This document shows, piece after piece, positions 18,598 through 26,565 of a DNA stretch of 32,000 nucleotides; position 1 is the stretch's first letter; each line of letters begins with the position of its first letter. Origin of the DNA: Breznakia sp. PF5-3 (lineage in GTDB: Bacteria; Bacillota_I; Bacilli_A; Erysipelotrichales; Erysipelotrichaceae). The position numbers and the translations under genes were made by a program. The stretch covers positions 1 to 32,000 of the forward strand of contig NZ_JAQFIQ010000029.1 of NCBI RefSeq assembly GCF_029504745.1, read 5' to 3'. The notes under the pieces were generated by a model. It searched no databases. It was not told the DNA's origin and was given only the letters and a program-made list of their open reading frames with translations.

Positions 18598-19425
18598 ATG
18601 GAAATAATAAAAGTAAAAAATCTAAACTTCTCATATGATGAAACGACACCTACAATCAAGGATGTTTCTTTTTCTGTGGAAGAGGGAAGTTATACAACGA
18701 TTGTGGGACACAACGGAAGTGGAAAAAGTACTATTGCTAAACTTTTGGATGGGCTTTTAGAAAAGAAGAGTGGTTCTATTGAAATTGGTGGATTAGAGTT
18801 AAATGAAGCAAATATCTACAAAATACGAGAACAGGTTGGGATTGTATTTCAAAATCCAGATAATCAATTTATTGGGGCAACGGTTGCAGATGATATTGCT
18901 TTTGGTTTAGAAAATCAACAAGTTCCAAGTGATGAAATGCCTAAGATTATAGAGCAGTATGCCAAAAAAGTAAATATGTATGATTTTTTGGATAAAGAAC
19001 CAACGAAGCTTTCAGGCGGACAGAAACAAAGAGTGGCAATCGCAGGGGTTTTGGCGATGAATTTGAAAGTCATCATTTTAGATGAAGCTACGAGTATGTT
19101 GGATCCACAAGGGAAAGTAGAGATTAATGCATTAGTAAACGAATTACATGAAAAAAGCAATCTTACGATTATTTCGATTACCCACGATATGGAAGAGGTA
19201 TTACGCAGTGATCATGTACTGGTGATGGACAATGGTGAAGTTAAGATAAGTGGGACACCAGAGGAAGTTTTAAGTAATGAAAAAGAATTGATAGATTTGA
19301 AATTGGATTTACCTTTTGTGTATAAAATGCAAAAGGAATTATATAATGTAGGATTTGAATTTGAAAAGCAATTAGAACTAGAAGGAGTTGTTGAATCGTT
19401 ATGTCAATTGAATTTAAAGCGTTAA
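18598..19425 (+). CDS. ecfA1: Energy-coupling factor (ECF) transporter ATPase, first subunit
   Basis: 275 aa; Walker A GHNGSGKST, signature LSGGQKQRVAIA, Walker B IILDEATS; first of the tandem ATPases preceding ecfT. Confidence 0.9.
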   Translation: MEIIKVKNLNFSYDETTPTIKDVSFSVEEGSYTTIVGHNGSGKSTIAKLLDGLLEKKSGSIEIGGLELNEANIYKIREQVGIVFQNPDNQFIGATVADDIAFGLENQQVPSDEMPKIIEQYAKKVNMYDFLDKEPTKLSGGQKQRVAIAGVLAMNLKVIILDEATSMLDPQGKVEINALVNELHEKSNLTIISITHDMEEVLRSDHVLVMDNGEVKISGTPEEVLSNEKELIDLKLDLPFVYKMQKELYNVGFEFEKQLELEGVVESLCQLNLKR

Positions 19426-20258
19426 CACATACTTATAATGAAAAAACTCCTTTTCCTTATGTAGCATTACACGATGTGGATTTAGAAATTAAGGAAGGTA
19501 TTTTTACTGCGATTATAGGTGAAACGGGAAGTGGTAAGAGTACCCTTGTTCAACATCTAAATGCGTTACTTACACCAACTAGTGGTAAAGTTATTGTTGA
19601 TGATTTTATAATCACATCAGAGAAGAAAGCAAAGGATTTAAAAAAGTTACGTAAGAAAGTTGGTTTAGTTTTTCAATTTCCTGAATATCAATTGTTTGAA
19701 GAAACAATTGAAAAAGATATTGCATTTGGTCCTAAAAACTTTGGTGTGGAAGAAGAAGCTGCAAAAAAGAAAGCACGTGAAATGCTAGCGTTGGTAGGAT
19801 TGGATGATTCTTATCTAAATAGAAGTCCTTTTGATTTGTCTGGTGGACAGAAGCGACGAATTGCAATTGCAGGTATTTTAGCTCTTGATCCTGATATTTT
19901 GGTTTTGGATGAACCAACAGCAGGTCTTGATCCACAAGGGGCAAAAGAGATGATGCAACTTTTCACAAAACTAAATAAAGAATTTAATAAGACCATTATT
20001 ATGGTGACACATGATATGGAACATGTACTACATTATTGTGAAGATGTGGTTGTATTGAAAAAAGGAAAAGTAGTTCATACATGTAGTGCTAATGAGTTTT
20101 TCAATAACTATGATTTACTTGAACAATTGCATGTGGCATTACCTAAAGTTATAGAGTTTAAAAAGATGTTACAAGATAAAGGAATCAAGATTAATCCTGA
20201 AATCTTTGATATGCATGAGTTAGCTCTTGAACTCAAGGAGGAATTGAAACATGGGTGA
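19401..20258 (+). CDS. ecfA2: Energy-coupling factor (ECF) transporter ATPase, second subunit
   Basis: 285 aa; GETGSGKST, LSGGQKRRIAIA and LVLDEPTAGLDP motifs; 25-nt overlap with ecfA1. Confidence 0.9.
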   Translation: MSIEFKALTHTYNEKTPFPYVALHDVDLEIKEGIFTAIIGETGSGKSTLVQHLNALLTPTSGKVIVDDFIITSEKKAKDLKKLRKKVGLVFQFPEYQLFEETIEKDIAFGPKNFGVEEEAAKKKAREMLALVGLDDSYLNRSPFDLSGGQKRRIAIAGILALDPDILVLDEPTAGLDPQGAKEMMQLFTKLNKEFNKTIIMVTHDMEHVLHYCEDVVVLKKGKVVHTCSANEFFNNYDLLEQLHVALPKVIEFKKMLQDKGIKINPEIFDMHELALELKEELKHG

Positions 20259-21048
20259 TATGGTATTAGGTAGATATCTTCCTCTTGATTCTATTCTTCA
20301 TCGAATGGATCCAAGAGCAAAGATTATCTGTATGTTATTTTTACTTATTGCTATTTTTATTCCTGCTGGGTATTTGGGATATGTAATATTAGGTGGATTG
20401 GTGATTTCGCTTATATTATTATCCAAATTAAAGATTACATATATTTTAAAAGCAGTGAAGCCAATGATGTTCATGTTGGTATTTTTACTTATTATTAATA
20501 TCTTGGTAATCAAGAGTGGTAACTTATTGTTATCATTAGGTTGGTTTGAGGTATACGATGATGCTATTTTTCAAACCTTGTTTATCGTTGTTCGCTTGGC
20601 TTTGATGATTAGTATTACAACCCTGTTAACAGCAACAACCAAGCCATTAGATTTAACATTGGGAATTGAGGACTTGTTAACACCGTTTAAAAGAATTGGT
20701 GTTCCAGCGCATATTATCGCGATGATGATTTCTATAGCATTGCGTTTTATTCCAACTTTAATTGAAGAGACACAGAGAATTATGAAAGCTCAAGCAAGTC
20801 GTGGTGTGGATTTTGAAGAAGGAAAGTTTACAGAAAAGATTCGTGGAATTCTTTCGCTTATCGTACCCTTATTTATTTCTGCTTTTCAAAGAGCTGAGGA
20901 TTTGGCTTATGCAATGGAAGCAAGAGGATATGCACCTGATGAAGAGCGTACGCGATATAAGCAGTTAAAACTGACAGGCATGGATATTATGTCTATGTTG
21001 CTATGTTTCGCTGTCTTAATTGGGCTTATAGGGTATATTGTACTATGA
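20251..21048 (+). CDS. ecfT: ECF transporter transmembrane (T) component
   Basis: 265 aa, multi-TM; LDPRAKI start region and A-R-G coupling-helix motifs (QASRGVDF, MEARGY); synteny. Confidence 0.9.
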   Translation: MGDMVLGRYLPLDSILHRMDPRAKIICMLFLLIAIFIPAGYLGYVILGGLVISLILLSKLKITYILKAVKPMMFMLVFLLIINILVIKSGNLLLSLGWFEVYDDAIFQTLFIVVRLALMISITTLLTATTKPLDLTLGIEDLLTPFKRIGVPAHIIAMMISIALRFIPTLIEETQRIMKAQASRGVDFEEGKFTEKIRGILSLIVPLFISAFQRAEDLAYAMEARGYAPDEERTRYKQLKLTGMDIMSMLLCFAVLIGLIGYIVL

Positions 21049-21776
21049 GGTATAAAGTTACAGTAGCATATGATGGAAGTGAATATCATGGTTGGCAAAC
21101 ACAAAGAAAAGGGAATAGTATTGAAGAAGCAATTGAAAAGGTGCTATATACTATGCATGATAGTGAAGTAGAGATTGTAGGTAGTGGAAGAACGGATAGT
21201 AAAGTTCATGCATTGGGGCAAGTCTTTCACTTTGATTCATCTTTGGGGTTGAGCAAAGAAAGAATGAAAGAAGCACTAAATGCACAACTTAATCGTAGTA
21301 TTCGAATTAAAACAGTAGAAATAGTTAGTGATGATTTTCATGCCCGTTTTGATGCCAAAGGAAAGCGTTATGAGTATTTTGTTTCAAAAGATACAAGTAA
21401 TCCATTTATTCGCAAATATATGGACATTGACTATCATCCGTTGGCTTTAAAAGCAATGCAAGAAGCTGCTACCATTTTTGTTGGCACACATGATTTTACG
21501 AGTTTTACTTCATCAAAAATTGATCAGCGAAAAGGTCGAATTCGTACAATTACCAAGTTTGAAGTATCACAAGATGGTGATGTTACTCATTTTGTAATTG
21601 AAGGAGATGGTTTTCTTCGTTATATGGTAAGAATGATGGTACAAACGATTATCATGGTAGGAAAAGGAAAAGTAAGCATTGAAGAAGTGGAACAAATGCT
21701 ATTAGCAAAGAATAAACACACATGTAAATATAAAGCAAATGCATGCGGATTATATTTAGTAGAAGTAAAGTATTAG
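21045..21776 (+). CDS. truA: tRNA pseudouridine(38-40) synthase TruA
   Basis: MRYKVTVAYDGSEYHGWQ.Q and GSGRTDSKVHA (catalytic Asp) motifs. ATG 21045 gives an ATGA overlap with the ecfT stop; the track start 21003 lies inside ecfT. Confidence 0.93.
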   Translation: MRYKVTVAYDGSEYHGWQTQRKGNSIEEAIEKVLYTMHDSEVEIVGSGRTDSKVHALGQVFHFDSSLGLSKERMKEALNAQLNRSIRIKTVEIVSDDFHARFDAKGKRYEYFVSKDTSNPFIRKYMDIDYHPLALKAMQEAATIFVGTHDFTSFTSSKIDQRKGRIRTITKFEVSQDGDVTHFVIEGDGFLRYMVRMMVQTIIMVGKGKVSIEEVEQMLLAKNKHTCKYKANACGLYLVEVKY

Positions 21777-21789
21777 GGAGGGATAGTAT

Positions 21790-22581
21790 ATGAAAACTAA
21801 TTATCATACACATACAACACGTTGCAATCATGCCTGCGGTAGTGATGAGCAATTTGTGTTAAGCGCAATTCGAGGTGGGTTTAAAGAGTTGGGTTTTAGT
21901 GATCATTCGCCATGGAATTATAGTCCTTCTACATACAAAGGAAGTCATATCCGAATGCGATTAGAAGAATTTGAAGATTATTATAATAGTCTTTCTCATT
22001 TGAAAGAAAAATATAAAGATCAAATTTCAATAAAAATTGGTTTAGAAGTGGAATATTTTCCTGAATACATGGAATGGTTAAGAAGGTTTATTAAAGAAAA
22101 AGAACTGGATTATATTATCTTGGGTAATCATTTTCATAAAAGTGATGAAAATGGGCCATATTATGGCCATGAATGTGATAAGGATAAATGGTTGAGACAG
22201 TATGCAATAGATGCAATTGAAGCATTGGAAACAGGTTTATATGCGTATTTAGCTCATCCTGACTTATTTATGAGAGGACGTACAAAGTTTGATCGCTTGG
22301 CAAAAGAAGTCTCGTATCAAATTTGTGAAGCATGTAAAGAGATGGATATTCCATTAGAATATAATTTAGCTGGTGCAGAAGTATCGGATTATATGCACGT
22401 TATACAATATCCACATCCAGAGTTTTGGAAAATTGCTGCAGATGTAGGAAATAAAGTTATTATAGGTTGCGATGCCCATAATTATAAGCAATTAGAAAAT
22501 GAACATTATTGGAATAAAGCATTAAAACATATAGAAGAATTGGGTTTGGAGCGAGTAGAAACAATAAAATTTTTGCGGTAA
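21790..22581 (+). CDS. HisJ-family PHP-domain histidinol-phosphatase-like protein
   Basis: 263 aa; N-terminal YHTHTTRCNHA and later GFSDH, H..H and GCDAH metal-ligand motifs of the PHP/HisJ family. Confidence 0.8.
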   Translation: MKTNYHTHTTRCNHACGSDEQFVLSAIRGGFKELGFSDHSPWNYSPSTYKGSHIRMRLEEFEDYYNSLSHLKEKYKDQISIKIGLEVEYFPEYMEWLRRFIKEKELDYIILGNHFHKSDENGPYYGHECDKDKWLRQYAIDAIEALETGLYAYLAHPDLFMRGRTKFDRLAKEVSYQICEACKEMDIPLEYNLAGAEVSDYMHVIQYPHPEFWKIAADVGNKVIIGCDAHNYKQLENEHYWNKALKHIEELGLERVETIKFLR

Positions 22582-22707
22582 ATTTGAAAATATGCGAACT
22601 AAATTGTATTCTATATTGTCTATATTATAGAAGGAAAAATATTTCCTTCCTATAATTAGAAGATATATAGATATATATAATACATTCGCCTGTCTATATA
22701 TCTGTTT

Positions 22708-22745
22708 GAAAAGTAGGTATTCGTCCATCTACTTTTCTTTTTTTA
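22708..22745 (+). terminator. Rho-independent terminator
   Basis: GAAAAGTAG (22708-22716) / CTACTTTTC (22729-22737), followed by T8. Confidence 0.7.
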
Positions 22746-22782
22746 TGAATAAATCAAAAAATACAAAAATACTCAAAAAAGG

Positions 22783-22811
22783 TTGTAAAAAAGGTAAATT
22801 TGTCATAAAAT
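22783..22811 (+). promoter_or_regulatory. Sigma-A-type promoter of rplM-rpsI
   Basis: TTGTAA (22783-22788), 17 nt, TAAAAT (22806-22811). Confidence 0.55.
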
Positions 22812-22868
22812 AGTACATGGCACTATGCCATTGTAGCCCCGGAAACTACAATGAAAGGAAATAGTAAA
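22812..22868 (+). promoter_or_regulatory. rplM 5' leader with two adjacent hairpins (L13-leader-like)
   Basis: ATGGCA/TGCCAT (22817-22831) and TTGTAG/CTACAA (22831-22851), immediately upstream of the SD (AAAGGA 22854-22859). Confidence 0.35.
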
Positions 22869-23306
22869 ATGCGCCAAACAACATTTATTAAGCCAGCTGA
22901 AGTTACACGTACATGGTACGTTGTAGATGGAGCAGGTAAGACAATGGGACGTTTAGCTACAGAAGTAGCTGCAGTATTACGTGGGAAACATAAACCTACG
23001 TTTACACCTAATGTCGATTGTGGTGATTTTGTTATTGTGATAAACGCAGACAAAATCGAAATGACAGGTAAAAAGATGGAGAATAAAAAATATTACTCTC
23101 ACTCTATGTATCCTGGAGGACTTAGAACACGTACAGCAAAAGTTATGAAACAACAATATACAGTAGAATGGGTTGAAAAAGCTATTCACGGTATGTTGCC
23201 ACATACAAGACTTGGAGATGTACAACGTAAACATTTATTTGTTTACACAGGTAGCGAACATCCACACGCTGCACAAAAACCAGTGGAAATGAAACTTAAA
23301 GGATAA
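22869..23306 (+). CDS. rplM: 50S ribosomal protein L13
   Basis: [21 protein letters not shown]-like canonical L13 start. The track ATG 22851 lies inside the leader hairpin. Confidence 0.95.
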   Translation: MRQTTFIKPAEVTRTWYVVDGAGKTMGRLATEVAAVLRGKHKPTFTPNVDCGDFVIVINADKIEMTGKKMENKKYYSHSMYPGGLRTRTAKVMKQQYTVEWVEKAIHGMLPHTRLGDVQRKHLFVYTGSEHPHAAQKPVEMKLKG

Positions 23307-23320
23307 GGAGGAATAAGAAT

Positions 23321-23722
23321 ATGGCAACAAAGAAAACAGTATCATATAATGGAACTGGTCGTAGAAAAAGTTCAGTTGCTCGTGTCTTTATGACTCCGGG
23401 TAAAGGTAATATCGTTGTTAATGGAAAAACATTAGAAGATTATTTACCATTAGAAACTTTAAGAATGGTGGTTAGATCACCATTAGAAACGACAGATACA
23501 TTATCTCAATTTGATATTAAGATCAATGTAAATGGTGGAGGATACACAGGACAAGCTGGAGCTATGCGTCATGGAATTTCCAGAGCATTGCTTGAAGTTA
23601 GTTCAGACTATCGTTCAGCATTAAAAGCAGAAGGATTCTTGACACGTGACCCTAGAATGAAAGAACGTAAAAAATACGGTCTTAAAGCTGCAAGACGTGC
23701 ACCACAATTTAGTAAACGTTAG
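23321..23722 (+). CDS. rpsI: 30S ribosomal protein S9
   Basis: 133 aa; [12 protein letters not shown] and C-terminal [16 protein letters not shown] motifs. Confidence 0.96.
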   Translation: MATKKTVSYNGTGRRKSSVARVFMTPGKGNIVVNGKTLEDYLPLETLRMVVRSPLETTDTLSQFDIKINVNGGGYTGQAGAMRHGISRALLEVSSDYRSALKAEGFLTRDPRMKERKKYGLKAARRAPQFSKR

Positions 23723-23749
23723 AAACAAGAAAAATTTGTCAAAAAATCA

Positions 23750-23800
23750 AAAAAACTCAGAATCATCTAATCTTATTTGGATTATATCTGAGTTTTTTTG
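23750..23800 (+). terminator. Rho-independent terminator after rpsI
   Basis: AAAAAACTCAGA (23750-23761) pairs with TCTGAGTTTTTT (23788-23799); partially paired interior; T-run. Confidence 0.6.
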
Positions 23801-23904
23801 TATCTTTTTAAAAGTAAAATATGCTAATTTATGTTTATAATGAATATGATATGTAATCTATTGATGCCATGATATAATTGAAATACTTAGTTTGGGGGAG
23901 AAAT

Positions 23905-24486
23905 ATGAAAAACTTATTTATAAAACTTTTTATTTTGCTTAGTTGTGTTGTGGTGGCTTATGTTATTCACTATACTTGGCTGACTAAATATATTAGTCAA
24001 ACAAACCCTCCAATATATATTTATATATTGGTATGGATAGCATTAGCTATTATTTTATATGGTATTGTAACTTTTTTCTTTACAGGGTGGAATGATATTG
24101 AAAGAGGAATACTTCTTATAGTTTATTATTTTTGTGTGCTGTGGTTGCTTGTAATTGGTAGACAAAATTATGGGTATACTGATTTTTCATGGAATCCTTT
24201 TAGTTTTGTTTTTGATATTATTAATAATGATTTTAATTCGCGAACACTTGCTTTTCAAAATGTACTTCTTTTTATTCCAGCACCAATTATAAATCAATTT
24301 TTTATAAAGAAAAGAAACACTAATGTATTTTTATGTGCTGTAATTGCAATATCAGTAGAATTTATTCAAAGGATTACAGGGCGGGGAATATTTGATTTGA
24401 GTGATATTACTTTATACTTTATTGGTATTAGTATCGGATTTATTTTGGTTAATCCCTTTAATAAACTAGAAAAAATTAAATTATAA
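23905..24486 (+). CDS. VanZ-like family membrane protein
   Basis: 193 aa, multi-TM; WNPFSF, NVLLFIPAP and VEFIQ..TGRG.FDLSDI..YFIG motifs resemble the VanZ family pattern. ATG 23905 follows GGGGGAG; the track TTG 23878 overlaps a TGaTATAAT extended -10 (23870-23878). Confidence 0.65.
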   Translation: MKNLFIKLFILLSCVVVAYVIHYTWLTKYISQTNPPIYIYILVWIALAIILYGIVTFFFTGWNDIERGILLIVYYFCVLWLLVIGRQNYGYTDFSWNPFSFVFDIINNDFNSRTLAFQNVLLFIPAPIINQFFIKKRNTNVFLCAVIAISVEFIQRITGRGIFDLSDITLYFIGISIGFILVNPFNKLEKIKL

Positions 24487-24589
24487 TTGATTTTATTCAT
24501 TTAATTTTTACCAATACGATTAATGCAGCGCCAAAATAATTCAAACATGAATTTTATCATATATAATATATTTATAACAGGAGGTGCAT

Positions 24590-25396
24590 ATGTTTCAAAT
24601 CGGGACTTTTTCAAAATTAACAGGAATTAGTATTGATAGATTGAGAAATTATGACAATAAGAATATTTTGAAACCTACTTTTATTGATGATATAAGTGGT
24701 TATCGATATTATAGTGAGGAACAGATTGCAAAGGCTAATCGAATCCAAATATTAATTGAGATTGGATTTAGCTTAAAAGAAATTGCTACTATCTCAACGT
24801 TGTCACAAATCCAGATGATTGATCTTGTGAAGCAGAAAAGGGTTAAAGCAAATGATCAACTTTTGACCATAAAAAGACAAATTGCACTCATGGATTACGC
24901 AATCAACGATTTACAGAAAAAGGATGAGTTTGCATTGTCGTTAAATATAAAAAAAATACCATCAAGAAAAGTAGTTTCTTTACGTCAAACAATCAAGCGC
25001 TTTGAAGATGAAGGAATGCTTTGGGAAAAATTATCATATGAGGTTAATAAATATAATATAAAATTTGTTAATGCATCTTGGACATATGCTTTTACGCACT
25101 CGATTGATTTAGTGAATAATGAAATTGATACAGAAGTTCAAAAAGAAGTGTCCCTTATTCAAGATGATATTGAAGATTTGAAATTTAAAGAAATACCCCA
25201 AAGCCTAGTTGCTTCTGTCGTTTTCAAAGGTGGCTATGAAAATATTCAGAAAATACATGATTATGTTGATAAGTGGATAAAAGTTATGGGATATAAATGG
25301 AATGGTTCTCCATTTCAAATATATTATATATCTCCGGCAGAAGTTTTAGATGAAGATGGATACATTACTGAAATGTGCTATCCAATTATAAAATAA
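24590..25396 (+). CDS. MerR-family transcriptional regulator with GyrI-like (BmrR-type) effector-binding domain
   Basis: N-terminal FQIGTFSKLTGISIDRLRNYD..L.P...D..SGYRYY MerR wHTH, a coiled-coil linker, and an approximately 150-aa C-terminal GyrI-like domain. ATG 24590 follows AGGAGG (24579-24584). Confidence 0.85.
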   Translation: MFQIGTFSKLTGISIDRLRNYDNKNILKPTFIDDISGYRYYSEEQIAKANRIQILIEIGFSLKEIATISTLSQIQMIDLVKQKRVKANDQLLTIKRQIALMDYAINDLQKKDEFALSLNIKKIPSRKVVSLRQTIKRFEDEGMLWEKLSYEVNKYNIKFVNASWTYAFTHSIDLVNNEIDTEVQKEVSLIQDDIEDLKFKEIPQSLVASVVFKGGYENIQKIHDYVDKWIKVMGYKWNGSPFQIYYISPAEVLDEDGYITEMCYPIIK

Positions 25397-25400
25397 AGAG

Positions 25401-25431
25401 TTGACTCTAGTATTGTACTAGACTATATGAT
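25401..25431 (+). promoter_or_regulatory. MerR-type promoter with 19-bp spacer and internal dyad operator
   Basis: TTGACT (25401-25406), 19 nt, TATGAT (25426-25431). The spacer contains the perfect inverted repeat CTAGTA-ttg-TACTAG (25407-25421). Confidence 0.6.
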
Positions 25432-25469
25432 GTCATTAGGAATTCCTAGAAGTTAATATAAAGGAGCTA

Positions 25470-26546
25470 ATGATGGATAAAAAGGTAATTGATTTAGATC
25501 ATCATAAAGATGATTATGAATGTATGTGGAATGGGATAGAAGATGTTTATATTACGAAGACAAAAGAAAAAATACCTAATTTCTATTTTTTTGTGTTAGC
25601 AGGTATTGGAAACTTTGTTTATTTCAAATCAAAAAACGGGAATATGAAACGTTTCGCTAGTTGGAGTGATGGGCGTACGAAGTCAATGTATAAATGGCTT
25701 GCACCTATTGTTGGATTTTCATATAAGCATATCGAAGGAAGAAGCTTTTCATATGTTTTAAAGAAATCCAAACAACAAATCGATGAAGGGAATCCAGTAG
25801 TGATAGGAAATCTGGATATGTATTATTTAAAGTATTACCCTAAATTCTACAAACAATTACATATCCCTACACATTATGTTTTGATGGTTGGATATGACGA
25901 AGATAAGCGAGAAGTAATTGTTCATGATTGTGGATTAGATAACCCACAGTCGATAAGTTATGAGTTGCTTGAAAAAGCTTTGGATATTGATGAAGAAGCT
26001 GGAAATAAAAAGAATACAATTTGTTATTTAGAGTTTGGAAAACTTGCAGATGTAAATGAAATTTCAAGAAAAGCGTTAGCTTTAAAAGCGGCTGATATGT
26101 TAGAAAAAAAACCTATTTTCTTAGGTATAAGTGGGATGCGGAAACTGGCTAAGGAATTTTCAACTTGGAAAGAAGAATTATCAGAAGATGAGTATAAGGT
26201 TTCGTTGGCTACACTAGTTACCTTTACTGGAACAGTGCCAACTTTACCAGATAAGCTTGTTAGTGAAGAAGCTAAAACAGGAGTTTTACACCAAGCAGCT
26301 AGAGAAAAAATTATTCATGTACTGGAATTTCTCAGACAAAACTATGATTTTAAGGATTTTGATAAAGCAATCAAATGTTTTGAAAAGAGTGCGATTTTTA
26401 TAGAAAAGATGACAGATATGATATCGGATTATTTGTTGGATGATAATAGGTCTCTTGATTTAATACCGCGTATCATTTTAGAGATTGCAGATGAAGAAGA
26501 ACGAGCATATAGGATTATCCAAGAATCACTAAAAAAACCTCTTTAG
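25470..26546 (+). CDS. BtrH-N-terminal-like (papain-fold) plus DUF4872-like protein of unknown function
   Basis: 358 aa. The N-terminal half has candidate Cys18 (codon 25521-25523), His135 and Asp153 spaced as in papain-like/BtrH_N proteins; the C-terminal half is helical. Start may be ATG 25473, 6 nt after AAGGAG. Family call is from memory. Confidence 0.5.
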   Translation: MMDKKVIDLDHHKDDYECMWNGIEDVYITKTKEKIPNFYFFVLAGIGNFVYFKSKNGNMKRFASWSDGRTKSMYKWLAPIVGFSYKHIEGRSFSYVLKKSKQQIDEGNPVVIGNLDMYYLKYYPKFYKQLHIPTHYVLMVGYDEDKREVIVHDCGLDNPQSISYELLEKALDIDEEAGNKKNTICYLEFGKLADVNEISRKALALKAADMLEKKPIFLGISGMRKLAKEFSTWKEELSEDEYKVSLATLVTFTGTVPTLPDKLVSEEAKTGVLHQAAREKIIHVLEFLRQNYDFKDFDKAIKCFEKSAIFIEKMTDMISDYLLDDNRSLDLIPRIILEIADEEERAYRIIQESLKKPL

Positions 26547-26565
26547 AGTTTAAAGAGATTTTTTG
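26531..26565. terminator. Bidirectional rho-independent terminator between convergent genes
   Basis: A7 run, CTCTTTA (26539-26545) / TAAAGAG (26551-26557), T6 run; sits between the + strand gene end (26546) and the - strand gene end (26566). Confidence 0.65.

Noticed and set aside
21790-22581. HisJ-type PHP phosphatase as part of a histidine biosynthesis operon.
   Set aside because: No other his genes are adjacent. It is an isolated PHP-family phosphatase whose substrate cannot be inferred from context, so only the family call is retained.
22522-22728. 68-aa minus-strand ORF in the hisJ-like/rplM intergenic region.
   Set aside because: It spans the hairpins and the plus-strand terminator and has no SD. 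Its Tyr/Ile/Phe-rich composition reflects AT-rich non-coding DNA.
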